From NCBI RefSeq assembly GCF_054482525.1, contig NZ_JBTHVG010000003.1: a stretch of 64,000 nucleotides of DNA; one strand, given 5' to 3'. Numbering within the stretch: the stretch's first letter is position 1; each line of letters starts with the position of its first letter. The position numbers and the translations under genes were made by a program. The DNA is from a plasmid. Of this stretch, positions 41,261-50,836 are shown in pieces. A model generated the notes under the pieces. The model was not told where the DNA came from. It did not search any database and worked only from the letters and a program-made list of their open reading frames with translations.

Positions 41261-41638
41261 ATGTCATATCTTGAATATATCAATGAAGTAAAAGTGTCCG
41301 GGATAGTTATCAGTGCTGTGGAGAAAAAAATGACTGACCAGAGTATAGGTTTGTTAATAAAGCTCAAAAATAGGATGAAGACAGAAGTTGATGGTGAAAT
41401 CACTGAGAGAGAATTTTCAGTTCAAATCAAGGTGTCGCCTGAAATGTATTCAACCTGTTTCACTGGTATAAATCAGGGTGATGAGTTGATGGTCTCCGGT
41501 TATATTGTTGTCGATACTATTATGATTGAAGGGAGAGAACATCCTCTTGACTACATGAGAGTGGTAGCAACAAGTAAGTTGGCTCACATACCTAAACCTC
41601 TAAAAGGTTTTGGACAAAGTAGCTTTAATCAGATCTGA
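41261..41638 (+). CDS. Putative OB-fold ssDNA-binding protein (SSB/PriB-like)
   Basis: 125 aa. Beta-strand pattern (NEVKVSGIVISAV ... ELMVSGYIVVDT) resembles PriB/SSB OB-folds by eye. Weak call. Confidence 0.3.
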   Translation: MSYLEYINEVKVSGIVISAVEKKMTDQSIGLLIKLKNRMKTEVDGEITEREFSVQIKVSPEMYSTCFTGINQGDELMVSGYIVVDTIMIEGREHPLDYMRVVATSKLAHIPKPLKGFGQSSFNQI

Positions 41639-41644
41639 CATTAA

Positions 41645-41690
41645 ACCCACCCTAAAGGGGAGAAATCCCTTCATGGGATTTCTCCTTTTG
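41645..41690. repeat. Conserved palindromic intergenic element (GGGAGAAATCCC / GGGATTTCTCC arms)
   Basis: cccaccctaaaggggagaaatcccttcatgggatttctccttttgg. Same arms as the element at 51784-51823. Confidence 0.6.
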
Positions 41691-41698
41691 GAGTCCCC

Positions 41699-42676
41699 AT
41701 GAAACAAAAATTTAGGGCTACTGCAATAAGTAGTAATCAACTTAGTTTTTTTTCTATACTCGATATAGATGAAGATGAAATAACGCAAATAGTTGATTCA
41801 CCCAAAGAGCATTTAAATGATGCTTACACGTCCGGATTAAACTTTAAATCAGAAGAAAGTAACATTTCTGAGATAAATTATGATTCTGAAAGGCGTGAAA
41901 ATCACCTTTATGAAAAATCCAAATTACTTAAAAATCAGATTTTGCATACAATTAATTTTGCAGCAGAAACAGATTATCTATATACGGTTGAAGAATATAA
42001 CCCAGATTTGGGTGGTCTGGTAATAGAATGGACCCCTGAGGATGTGTATGTTGTTTTTCTATCCGCTATGGAAGAGTCTTTGGAAATCATTAAAGAACTA
42101 GTGTTGAGGAGAAAGTTATTCTTCAAAGATGACAATGGTAATATCACAGTGAATCCACTTTTAGAAGCTGAAACACGGTGGTATATGTCAAAATCATTTG
42201 AATACACTTGTTTATGTCATGGACTTGATGCATGTGAATTTAGAGCGGAATTAAAATCATGGCTCTATTATCATTCGCATCGTTCGATTAGTGAAAACAC
42301 GAAATTAGCTGAATGCAGGAATGATGATGAAATCATTTTGCATGATTGCAATGACGATATGGGCTGGGACATCTTCTTTGATCAGGATTATTTAATGTCA
42401 GAAAAAAAACTGGCTGTTAAATGGACTGACAGGGAAATTATGGATGTTTACATAAAAGCTTTTAAATCCACATTAGAGTTGTTTGACGAGCTTGTTTCAT
42501 GTGATCTGTTAACTAAACGAAACGCTTTTGGCAAGTTAGAAATCAATCCAATATTCGAAAATCATTTTGAATGGATCATGTCTGAAGCTTTTGAAATAGT
42601 GGGAAATCATCTTGGTTATAATGTGCCTCAAATCAGGAAACTGATGGCAACTATTTGCCAAATGAATCTCAAATAA
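41699..42676 (+). CDS. Hypothetical protein
   Basis: 325-aa ORF, acidic. Confidence 0.35.
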   Translation: MKQKFRATAISSNQLSFFSILDIDEDEITQIVDSPKEHLNDAYTSGLNFKSEESNISEINYDSERRENHLYEKSKLLKNQILHTINFAAETDYLYTVEEYNPDLGGLVIEWTPEDVYVVFLSAMEESLEIIKELVLRRKLFFKDDNGNITVNPLLEAETRWYMSKSFEYTCLCHGLDACEFRAELKSWLYYHSHRSISENTKLAECRNDDEIILHDCNDDMGWDIFFDQDYLMSEKKLAVKWTDREIMDVYIKAFKSTLELFDELVSCDLLTKRNAFGKLEINPIFENHFEWIMSEAFEIVGNHLGYNVPQIRKLMATICQMNLK

Positions 42677-42733
42677 AATGCCACTGGCAAACATCTGCCA
42701 GAGGGCGGTGTTTGCATTTTACCGGAGTTAAAA

Positions 42734-43792
42734 ATGTCTAATGCCGCTATGAAGTTAAATGAAACATCTTCTGATGCTTATGAAAAATTAGAAGCTCTTC
42801 TTTCCCCGGATGTTATAAAGTTAAAACATTATGTGGATAAAGGTGAGTATCTTTTAGTTCTAGCAAAGGACCTTTTTGGTATTCCAGAAATGGATCCAAA
42901 GATGGCTGTGCCTGTTTTCAAAACTAAAACCTCGTATCGAGCTCCGCTGAACAAAGACTACATACCAAATCCCCGAATACTTGAACAAGTGGTTAAACTG
43001 CTTATCAGTCCGGATATAGATTTAAGTGTGTGTCTTAAAGGTGAGTCCGGTTCTGGCAAGACTGAAATGGTAATGTACATTAGCCACATGATGAATTGGC
43101 CGCTGACAATTAAGCAGATCAACAGCAATATTCGAGTTGATGAGCTTGAAGGTGAGCGCAGTCTTAATGGTGGTAATACAGGTTTTGTACACAGCGATTT
43201 GGTAACGGGATTTCGTAATGGTCACCTCATTCTTCTGGATGAAGTGGACAAAATCGATCCTGATACGGCAGCAAAACTTCACATGCCCATTGAACGTAAG
43301 CCCTGGTCACTCAGTGCTAATGGTGGTGAGGTTATAACTGCTAATGGCTACACGCGATTTATTGGTACTGCAAACACAAACATGAGTGGAGGCGCTCGCC
43401 GGTTCGTTTCTTCTCAACGTCAAGATGCAGCTTTTATAAAGCGGTTCTTGATAGTTGAAATGGAGAAGCCCGACAAAGTTGCTTTAACCAATGTGCTTAC
43501 TAAACGATATAGCTCTTTGCCTTTTCAGGTCATTGAGAAGTTCGTAAGAGTAGCGATTGCAGTAAATGACTCTGGTACAGAAGACAGTGTGATGGATATT
43601 CGTCAATTAGTAGCTTGGGTTGGCACGTCGATGACGTTAAAAACCTTTAGTCTTCTTGACACTTTCAAAATAGCTTTTGCTTCTGCTTTACCTTTACATG
43701 TGGTCGATCTTGTTCTTCAAGCTATAGATCTTTCTCTTGGCGAAGACAAGGATAAATCGCTGGAGTATTTCACAGCAAAAAAGTCGAGTTAG
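42734..43792 (+). CDS. MoxR/CbbQ/CobS-like AAA+ ATPase
   Basis: 352 aa. Walker A GESGSGKT, Walker B LILLDEVDK. Partner vWA gene two genes downstream. Confidence 0.8.
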   Translation: MSNAAMKLNETSSDAYEKLEALLSPDVIKLKHYVDKGEYLLVLAKDLFGIPEMDPKMAVPVFKTKTSYRAPLNKDYIPNPRILEQVVKLLISPDIDLSVCLKGESGSGKTEMVMYISHMMNWPLTIKQINSNIRVDELEGERSLNGGNTGFVHSDLVTGFRNGHLILLDEVDKIDPDTAAKLHMPIERKPWSLSANGGEVITANGYTRFIGTANTNMSGGARRFVSSQRQDAAFIKRFLIVEMEKPDKVALTNVLTKRYSSLPFQVIEKFVRVAIAVNDSGTEDSVMDIRQLVAWVGTSMTLKTFSLLDTFKIAFASALPLHVVDLVLQAIDLSLGEDKDKSLEYFTAKKSS

Positions 43793-44101
43793 ATGGGATT
43801 TGTTATGAAACCTCTGATATTTGTATCTCAGAGTTATCCCATCTTGAATTTAGTGCGTTTTTAAGTACGGATGGTGCTGCTACCATTGCTATAGCAAAAA
43901 ACGGAACTAATTTTACTGGACTTATGCAACTGAATAACGACTATTCTTTATTGTTTTATCATGATGGTAAAATAAATATGGAAGGTCTGATTAAACAAAT
44001 GGAATTAAAAGGTTATATGTATCAGGGAGCAATGGGCAATGATGATGTTGTTGCTGAGTTTCCCGGTATTCTTTTAATTTCACCAGAGAAGCTTTAATAT
44101 C

Positions 44102-44150
44102 AACCCTATCGGGAAATCTTTCCCGTTGGGGAGGGTTTCCCCTTTTTTTT
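44102..44150. repeat. Conserved palindromic intergenic element / putative terminator
   Basis: aaccctatcgggaaatctttcccgttggggagggtttcccctttttttt. Confidence 0.5.
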
Positions 44151-44160
44151 GGAGAAACCC

Positions 44161-45288
44161 ATGACTTTAAATACTTCAATGCTTAACAAAGTATCTGCAA
44201 AACAAATCTCTGAGAATTTTGCAAAATCATATCCAGATTTACTGGAAGGTGCAGTTATAACAAAAATTGAAATAAGTGGCTGTCAAGGATCGCGTCGAAC
44301 CGATAAAATCGATTTGTCTTATGATGGAGATGATATTACGGATCAAAAAAGCGTATCTAAAAGCGAAGTACGCTGGATTGACATAAAAGCCCTTAGCTTC
44401 AAAAGTACGATTACCAGCAGAATATCAACTCTTTGCTCACGCTTGTGCATCCGCTATAGCAATATGTGGATTTTACCAGTATCCAGTATGGAAGAGTTTC
44501 TGGAAGGGGCCCAAGAGATTGAACGAGAGTTTCAGGCAGGTATTCAAAACGTTGTAGACAATTATGAGATGCATATTGAGGCTGAAAAAAATAGAAGCCC
44601 AAGAATGTCTTCTTTGATTGATCAGTTGAAATTAACTAAAGATGATTTCATAAAATCCTTTAGATTTAATATTGCTCACTTTATTCCTTTTACGCCTATT
44701 AGCGTTGAAGGTGATGAAACCCAGGACTACTATCAGGAACAATTGATAACAGATCTGGCAGAAGAAGCAATGAAGGTTTATGAAAAAATTAGCAAAAATA
44801 ACAATTTGCGCTCAAGTACTATTGACCGACTGAAGCAAATGCAAAATAAGATCATTAGCTTCATGTTTATACATAAAGAGGCGGCAGTACTTGCAGAAGC
44901 TATAAAACACATAATGAATAATTTACCTAAAGGTGCCATTTCTGAACCTCGCGACGTTGCGGTGTTACAGCAGTGGTTTTATTTCATGAGTGATGCTTCA
45001 ATGTTAAAGCGTATTATTTCAGGAGAGCAAAAGGTTACTGACTGGTTGGAATCTATTACCAGATCATTTAATCAAAGCTCACAAACAGAACCGAACGCGC
45101 TACAGAACACAGGTATTGAAGCTATTTTAGATTCAACAAATGTGTTCCAGGTTGAACCTGTCGTAGAGAACGATATAAATAACAGCACGTTTTCAAACAC
45201 TGATCCTGTAGCTGAACCTGAGAAATCAGTTTCGCAACAGGAAGACAATGTTGAAAATGGTTTTGATATCGAGCTCAAAGGCTGGTAA
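44161..45288 (+). CDS. Hypothetical protein
   Basis: About 375 aa; ATG at 44161 with a GGAG ribosome-binding site. Lies between the AAA+ and vWA genes. Confidence 0.35.
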   Translation: MTLNTSMLNKVSAKQISENFAKSYPDLLEGAVITKIEISGCQGSRRTDKIDLSYDGDDITDQKSVSKSEVRWIDIKALSFKSTITSRISTLCSRLCIRYSNMWILPVSSMEEFLEGAQEIEREFQAGIQNVVDNYEMHIEAEKNRSPRMSSLIDQLKLTKDDFIKSFRFNIAHFIPFTPISVEGDETQDYYQEQLITDLAEEAMKVYEKISKNNNLRSSTIDRLKQMQNKIISFMFIHKEAAVLAEAIKHIMNNLPKGAISEPRDVAVLQQWFYFMSDASMLKRIISGEQKVTDWLESITRSFNQSSQTEPNALQNTGIEAILDSTNVFQVEPVVENDINNSTFSNTDPVAEPEKSVSQQEDNVENGFDIELKGW

Positions 45289-45306
45289 CTGTTTGCTTTA
45301 TTAAAA

Positions 45307-45350
45307 ACCCCAGATGGGTACTTCACCATCTGGGTGAGTACCCCTTTTTT
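45307..45350. repeat. Conserved palindromic intergenic element / putative terminator
   Basis: cccagatgggtacttcaccatctgggtgagtacccctttttt. Confidence 0.5.
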
Positions 45351-45365
45351 ATAAAGAGGTATTCT

Positions 45366-47378
45366 ATGAAATTAGATCTTAAATCATCACCGCGCCATAT
45401 TAAGCGTTTACAGAATATAGCAAAAGTCATTAGCGGCTTAGGCGATGTAAGAGTTGTAATAGACGACAATACCAAAGGACCGTATTTTGATCCTGTAAAT
45501 AAAGTTTGTGTTTTACCAAACGGCGATTATAGCGATGATGACTTTGTCAGTCTGATTGAAGGTTTTACCTGTCATGAAGCTGGTCATGGTCGCTATACCG
45601 ACAGCGAGGTTTACAGTGACGCCTTTAATAGTGTTCTCAAGTCATCTGAAGGGTTTACACGCTTCGATGACGGAATGAATGCAGAGTTTGAGAGCCTCGC
45701 TGAGAAACGTAAAGCTTATAGCAGGGCAAAACGTCTTACCGGGCTTATAAATCTGTTCGATGATGTACAGATGGAAGAGAAGGTTGGTAACGATTATCCG
45801 GATGCAAAGCGGCGGCTTGCAGCCACTTACGCACTGATGGTTAAAGCCGGAAGGATGACTCCTGATATATCTTCTCGTCCGGAAAATCCTGTCCTATTTA
45901 TTGAGTGGTATCTGCTTAACTCATTGCGAGTAAAAGTCCTTCAGCAGGCAGGTCACAAAGAAACACTCGATCCGTTTTTTGACTATGCCCAAAAGATACT
46001 TTCTCCAGTAATTTCTGATGTTGAGGAAATTTTTCATGATGCTCTTGGTTGTGAAAATACTCAGGGCTGTGAATCCCTTGCTCGTAAGACCCTGGCTCTT
46101 TTAGAGAGACTGCGGGATGAGGCAAGGGAACAACAGCAGCAGACAGAGCAGGAGGAGCAGGAGGCATATGATGAATCCGAGACCGATACCGATACCGATA
46201 CCGAATCAGAAGATAAATCGCTTGAGTCGACTGATAGTCGTGAGGATGATTCTGAGGACGATAGTGAAGGTCAGGCAGATACTTCCGATAACTCTGATCT
46301 TGCTCAAGAGGGATGTTCTGAGCCTTCAGAACTTGCTGAAGATAACGAGGGAAATAATGAACCCACCGGTGGCAATCCCACAGGTGATAACATTATTGAA
46401 GACGATACTGATGCGATTAACCCTTCCGAGAGTGAATCAGATGAAGCCAGTTCGACTAACGTTGAAGATGAAAGTAACTTTTCATCGGCTCAATGGGAGA
46501 TACTGGCAGATTTGTTGGATGCCTTTCTTGGCAGTGATGAGGATAGCGAAGATTATCACGATGCTTTGGCTAAAGAGATTGAAGGTATTGCATCAAAAGT
46601 ATCCGATGACGTGAAAGCCGAATTCGGTGCTTCTGAATGGGATATCCCTGATCTCCTTATCGATTTGAATGTTTACAATGAGGCTTTGTCTCTGAGTCAT
46701 TCAATCGGTAGCGACTTGTCTGTTTTACAGCAGGTTAAAATGCGTGGCCGAAACAAAACTCATGAGCGTGGAATTACCTTCGATGGAAATCGATTAATTC
46801 TGTCACCAATGGGAGTTCGTGATGTCTTCAGAGCTCAAAGCGAATCTAAAAATAGAGGGCATGTTGGCCTCGTATTAGTTCGTGATATTTCAGCGTCAAT
46901 GGCTAATGATGAAAGATATATTCATGCCATTAAGTCAGATCTTGCTTTATCGATGGCCGCTGAAAGTTTGTCAAAAATGCATGTCTCCAATATAGTCTTT
47001 CCCTTCAAGGAAAGTGAATTTGAGATTATCAAAACGTTTGATCAAAGCGTTGAGGAATCTCTATCGAAATTCACTCTTGGATGTAAGGGTTATTATACCC
47101 CTACGGGATCGGCTTTAATGGCAGCTGTTGATCTGTTACTTGACAGCCAATTCGATAGGAAAATAATTTTTCTTATAACTGATGGTTATCCGAATAAATC
47201 GGAATTTACTATCGGCGAAGTTATGGAAAAGGCTAAGTGTAATGGAATAGAAATCGTTGGTGTTGGTATTAAGACTGATGAAATAATTGGTTTTGAAACG
47301 GACACTTTCGTAACAGTTGATGATACTTCTTTATTGTCTATTGAAGTCAGTAAGCTAGTTCATCAAATACTTTCTTAA
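45366..47378 (+). CDS. von Willebrand factor A (vWA/MIDAS) protein, CobT-like, with a highly acidic low-complexity linker
   Basis: 670 aa. MIDAS DxSxS (VRDISASM). Central acidic tract (EQEEQEAYDESETDTDTDTESEDKSLESTDSREDDSEDDSE). Paired with an upstream MoxR-type ATPase. Confidence 0.7.
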   Translation: MKLDLKSSPRHIKRLQNIAKVISGLGDVRVVIDDNTKGPYFDPVNKVCVLPNGDYSDDDFVSLIEGFTCHEAGHGRYTDSEVYSDAFNSVLKSSEGFTRFDDGMNAEFESLAEKRKAYSRAKRLTGLINLFDDVQMEEKVGNDYPDAKRRLAATYALMVKAGRMTPDISSRPENPVLFIEWYLLNSLRVKVLQQAGHKETLDPFFDYAQKILSPVISDVEEIFHDALGCENTQGCESLARKTLALLERLRDEAREQQQQTEQEEQEAYDESETDTDTDTESEDKSLESTDSREDDSEDDSEGQADTSDNSDLAQEGCSEPSELAEDNEGNNEPTGGNPTGDNIIEDDTDAINPSESESDEASSTNVEDESNFSSAQWEILADLLDAFLGSDEDSEDYHDALAKEIEGIASKVSDDVKAEFGASEWDIPDLLIDLNVYNEALSLSHSIGSDLSVLQQVKMRGRNKTHERGITFDGNRLILSPMGVRDVFRAQSESKNRGHVGLVLVRDISASMANDERYIHAIKSDLALSMAAESLSKMHVSNIVFPFKESEFEIIKTFDQSVEESLSKFTLGCKGYYTPTGSALMAAVDLLLDSQFDRKIIFLITDGYPNKSEFTIGEVMEKAKCNGIEIVGVGIKTDEIIGFETDTFVTVDDTSLLSIEVSKLVHQILS

Positions 47379-47386
47379 TAAACTCT

Positions 47387-47423
47387 ACCCAATCGGGGCA
47401 AAAGGCCCCGGTGGGTCTTTTTG
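47387..47423. repeat. Palindromic intergenic element / putative terminator
   Basis: cccaatcggggcaaaaggccccggtgggtctttttgc. Confidence 0.5.
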
Positions 47424-47449
47424 CTCCATGAAGGAATAAGGAGCAAAAT

Positions 47450-47671
47450 ATGACTCAGATAAAAACTTACCGTGTAGAACATGAAAAAGTCGGTGCGATG
47501 CATAAAGTCCGTATTTTCGGACGTGTTGGTGAAGTTATAAGCAATGATAGCCCTCAGGAAAGAATCTTCCGCGAAGTCACTATAGCGGAGGGTAATAGCC
47601 AGCAGGCTGCGTTACTTGTAGATAACTACATACAGTGTCTTGAGAATAATGGCTTCACGACTGAAGCATAA
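47450..47671 (+). CDS. Hypothetical small protein
   Basis: 73-aa ORF flanked by two palindromic elements. AGGAG-like ribosome-binding site (aaggagcaaaatatg). Confidence 0.35.
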   Translation: MTQIKTYRVEHEKVGAMHKVRIFGRVGEVISNDSPQERIFREVTIAEGNSQQAALLVDNYIQCLENNGFTTEA

Positions 47672-47676
47672 ATGTT

Positions 47677-47700
47677 GAGGGCCCCCGGGCCCTCTTTCTT
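47677..47700. terminator. Putative intrinsic terminator (GAGGGCCCCCGGGCCCTC palindrome)
   Basis: Perfect GC palindrome followed by a T-rich run. Confidence 0.55.
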
Positions 47701-47784
47701 AAATTCTGCGTTGTGGGTTTCTCCCTGTCTTCTGCACCGCAGAAGGCATTGAGAAACTCACAATGCCAGATAAGAGAGATCATC

Positions 47785-49017
47785 ATGACTTATGCATCCC
47801 CGGCTCTTCGTCGTAATCCACAGGAAGTATCTGAACACTTTATTAAACTCGTTCATGCTCGAATTGCTGAAGTGTCTGGCTGGAAGTATATATTCGAAAG
47901 AATACCTGCTTTCAAAGACGCTTGTGCAAAAGCCCCGAGCCAGGTTCCTTGCCCGTTTACTGGCGCAGGGAAATCGAAGTTTCGTTTCCGACAAAAAGAC
48001 CTTTATACCGGATGTGCGATCCATAATGACTTTCCGGTAAATGAGTTTTGCGACGGAATTGATGTTCTGGCGAAATATTATGAATTAAGTAAAACGCAGA
48101 CTTGCAAAAAGATTCTCTCAGATTTTTTCGGGATGGATCTGCATGCTCCGTTAACTGACGCCGACATTGAAAATGAACGACGCTATAAATCAGCAGTTCG
48201 TGCCACAGAAACTCTTGACCGAGAGGAAGTGGCAAAGCGAATGCGAAAACTTGATGTGATGTATCACTATACCGGTGAAATCAAGCCTAATACTCCTGTT
48301 GCTTTGTACCTCCGTAATCGTGGGATCTCCCGCTTACTGAGTCACTTACCAAAGGATTTAGGCTTTAATAACCGGATCTACTATTGGGATAAAGATAAGC
48401 AGAAATCGATTATCTATCCGGGAATGATTGCGATCTATCGTGACACCCGAGGTCGGCCTCTGACTATTCATAGAACATACGTAGACAAAAATGGTGATAA
48501 GGCACCTGTAGAAAATCCAAAGCTGATGATGAAGCCTCCTGCCGATATGACAGGTGGCTCAATTCAGTTGTTTGACCCTCACTATGATTCAGGTAGTTCG
48601 ACCTGGACACTGGGAGTGGCTGAAGGGATCGAGAACGCGCTTTCTGTTGTAGAAGCGACTTCAACACCATGCTGGGCAGCCAGCTCCGCATGGTGCCTTG
48701 AAAACGTTACTGTTCCTGATTTTTTACTGCCTCCGCCGGATGTAAAATCTATAAACTTTTATATCTGGGCGGATAAGGATATTGCTAACTCACAAGGCAC
48801 TCGTGCCGGTATTGAAGCTGCTCAGCGACTTCAAAGCCGCATGGTTGAGTTTTTGGCTAAACGATATCCCGCATCAAAGCTGACAATTGAAGTCTTCGAA
48901 CCAGCACAAGATATTCCTGATGGGAAAAAGGGTATCGACTGGAACGATGTTCTCCAGTTAACAGGGCAGGATGGATTCCCGATTCACTGGGCTCCTGAAT
49001 GTCTTAATCAGCTGTAA
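47785..49017 (+). CDS. Primase-like protein (degenerate primase zinc-ribbon-like segment plus Toprim-like domain)
   Basis: PCPFTGAGKSKFRF resembles the CPxCGGxDRF primase zinc-ribbon motif. Toprim-like acidic motifs (LGVAEGIENA; IWADKDIANSQG). ATG at 47785 with an AGAGAG ribosome-binding site. Confidence 0.55.
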   Translation: MTYASPALRRNPQEVSEHFIKLVHARIAEVSGWKYIFERIPAFKDACAKAPSQVPCPFTGAGKSKFRFRQKDLYTGCAIHNDFPVNEFCDGIDVLAKYYELSKTQTCKKILSDFFGMDLHAPLTDADIENERRYKSAVRATETLDREEVAKRMRKLDVMYHYTGEIKPNTPVALYLRNRGISRLLSHLPKDLGFNNRIYYWDKDKQKSIIYPGMIAIYRDTRGRPLTIHRTYVDKNGDKAPVENPKLMMKPPADMTGGSIQLFDPHYDSGSSTWTLGVAEGIENALSVVEATSTPCWAASSAWCLENVTVPDFLLPPPDVKSINFYIWADKDIANSQGTRAGIEAAQRLQSRMVEFLAKRYPASKLTIEVFEPAQDIPDGKKGIDWNDVLQLTGQDGFPIHWAPECLNQL

Positions 49018-49028
49018 CAACGATAACT

Positions 49029-49052
49029 CCCCCGCTTTTTGCGGGGGGGGTT
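49029..49052. terminator. Putative intrinsic terminator after the primase-like gene
   Basis: cccccgctttttgcggggggg hairpin. Confidence 0.55.
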
Positions 49053-49287
49053 ATCTTATCAATATTATATTTTAAAATTGTATTGATAAGATAACCGCTT
49101 TCCTTCGTGATAATTACCTGCCTTTAAGGTCTTTTCACGGCTGAGATGCTTGCTCAGTTAAATAAATGTGCGGTACTACTGGCTATGGTCGGTTGTATGA
49201 CATGGTTATTCCATAAACTATTAAAACCCATAACGGGAGTATTACCGTTATGGTGATGCTCGTCGTTTTACATCGGAGAGCATTTTA

Positions 49288-49809
49288 ATGAATTTTCAAA
49301 TTAACGAAGTTTTTAATAAATTTGCTGCTGTTATAAAATCGCGCATCGTCAATGAACCATCGTCATGCTATTTGCTGCATGATAATGAGATAGATATAAC
49401 GATTTTGAAACATAGCATATTAGAAAATGACAGAAACCTGTTGTACGTAGTTCGTCCTTCAGGAACGTGTTTGTTGCGTTGTGACAAATATTTCTATCCG
49501 AAATATTATCTTCGTTGCCGTGGAGATTATAAGTCATTCATATATGTCCATCTTGATCTACATAGTGGTGAAGCTAAAGAAATCACATGGGAGCAAGCAG
49601 ACGATATGCTGTCTAGTCCAGGAAAACCCCCATTAAAAGGGAATCTTGGACGATTTGAGTATATAAAAGTTGTGGTTGAGGACCTTCGTATTCGAGGTTA
49701 CGCTGATTATCTTCCTGCGTATAATCTTGATGACCTTCGCCGTTTTGCCTTACAGGACGACCGCCCATCCCTTGTCAGATACATTGACAATGTCATGGCA
49801 ACGGTCTGA
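49288..49809 (+). CDS. Hypothetical protein
   Basis: 173-aa ORF. Confidence 0.3.
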   Translation: MNFQINEVFNKFAAVIKSRIVNEPSSCYLLHDNEIDITILKHSILENDRNLLYVVRPSGTCLLRCDKYFYPKYYLRCRGDYKSFIYVHLDLHSGEAKEITWEQADDMLSSPGKPPLKGNLGRFEYIKVVVEDLRIRGYADYLPAYNLDDLRRFALQDDRPSLVRYIDNVMATV

Positions 49810-49887
49810 TTGATTGCTAATTGATTTACATATTTTCCCTGATGGCCAACCTGCATCAGGGAGGCCTCAATAACGAATGGAGGCTGT

Positions 49888-50766
49888 ATGAAGTTAGCTA
49901 CGGACCTGGTAAAAGCTATTTTGATTAGAAATGGCGTTGAACCAGTAAATATAAGCGAATCATCTAAGTTATCTTTGAAACAACCACTGACAGAACTTAA
50001 ATTCAGTTTATATTTGCGAACTGAGCATTTATCTCACTTCCTACCCGGTTATGTTTATTCTATAAAAGAATGTCCACTGTCATATGACATCGGGATCGAA
50101 ATTCAGAAAATCTTCGAAAGTTTACATTTGTTAAACGAAGAATTTGAATCCCTCGGTTTTGTTTCTGTATGGATAGAAATGCATCAAAGCATTTTTGAAC
50201 AAAGTCGGTTTAAGAAAAGTAACTTTACTTTTCGGGAGGAAGAGGTCGAGCTTGCTAAAGGGCTTGTTTGTTCTCACAATTCACAAATAAGTAATGCGGC
50301 TTATTTCTGGCTTCAGCACTTTGAGGAGTTTATGATTTATGTTCGTAATAAGCTTATCGACCTCTTTCGAGAGGCCTATGACCTGATCCTTGGAATGCAG
50401 CAAGTATTTTTCATTCGGGAAAAGGAAGAGCTGTTGAAAACTATAAGTTATGGCGATGAGCTGTATGAGGTGAAATTCATGGCGGCTGAGCTTTACTCTA
50501 TCGAACAGAACTTAAAGTGTTCTGAATCGATAAGTACAAAATCTCAAGCTTCGGCATATATTAACCGCATCCGTGAGTTTGTGCGTTCGGGGTGGAGGCA
50601 GGGCTATATAGTCTGCCATCATAAGCGAAGTAATCAAATTTCATCATTGTCATTACCGATGTACTTGAAAGATACGTCAGGCCGAAGTGCTCGAAAGCGA
50701 GTAAAACGTCTTATATCTTCTACAGTTTGTGGTAGAAATAAAGATTTAGGTCTTACAGATTTTTAA
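49888..50766 (+). CDS. Hypothetical protein, paralogue 1 of a five-gene tandem family
   Basis: 292 aa. N-terminal pattern (MKLATDLVKAILIRNGVEP...) shared with the next four ORFs. Confidence 0.4.
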   Translation: MKLATDLVKAILIRNGVEPVNISESSKLSLKQPLTELKFSLYLRTEHLSHFLPGYVYSIKECPLSYDIGIEIQKIFESLHLLNEEFESLGFVSVWIEMHQSIFEQSRFKKSNFTFREEEVELAKGLVCSHNSQISNAAYFWLQHFEEFMIYVRNKLIDLFREAYDLILGMQQVFFIREKEELLKTISYGDELYEVKFMAAELYSIEQNLKCSESISTKSQASAYINRIREFVRSGWRQGYIVCHHKRSNQISSLSLPMYLKDTSGRSARKRVKRLISSTVCGRNKDLGLTDF

Positions 50767-50776
50767 TTAAATTATA

Positions 50777-50820
50777 CCCATGTGGGGATCACACCCCATA
50801 TGGGAGTGATCCCTTTTTTT
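50777..50820. repeat. Conserved palindromic intergenic element / putative terminator
   Basis: cccatgtggggatcacaccccatatgggagtgatcccttttttt. Confidence 0.6.
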
Positions 50821-50836
50821 ATTGAGAGAGGATCAC

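Noticed and set aside
45916-46614. ORFs overlapping the acidic linker of the vWA gene (45916-46167 minus; 46117-46614 plus)
   Set aside because: Arise from the low-complexity repeat region (GATACCGATACC...) in alternative frames; the vWA frame is continuous with its MIDAS motif.
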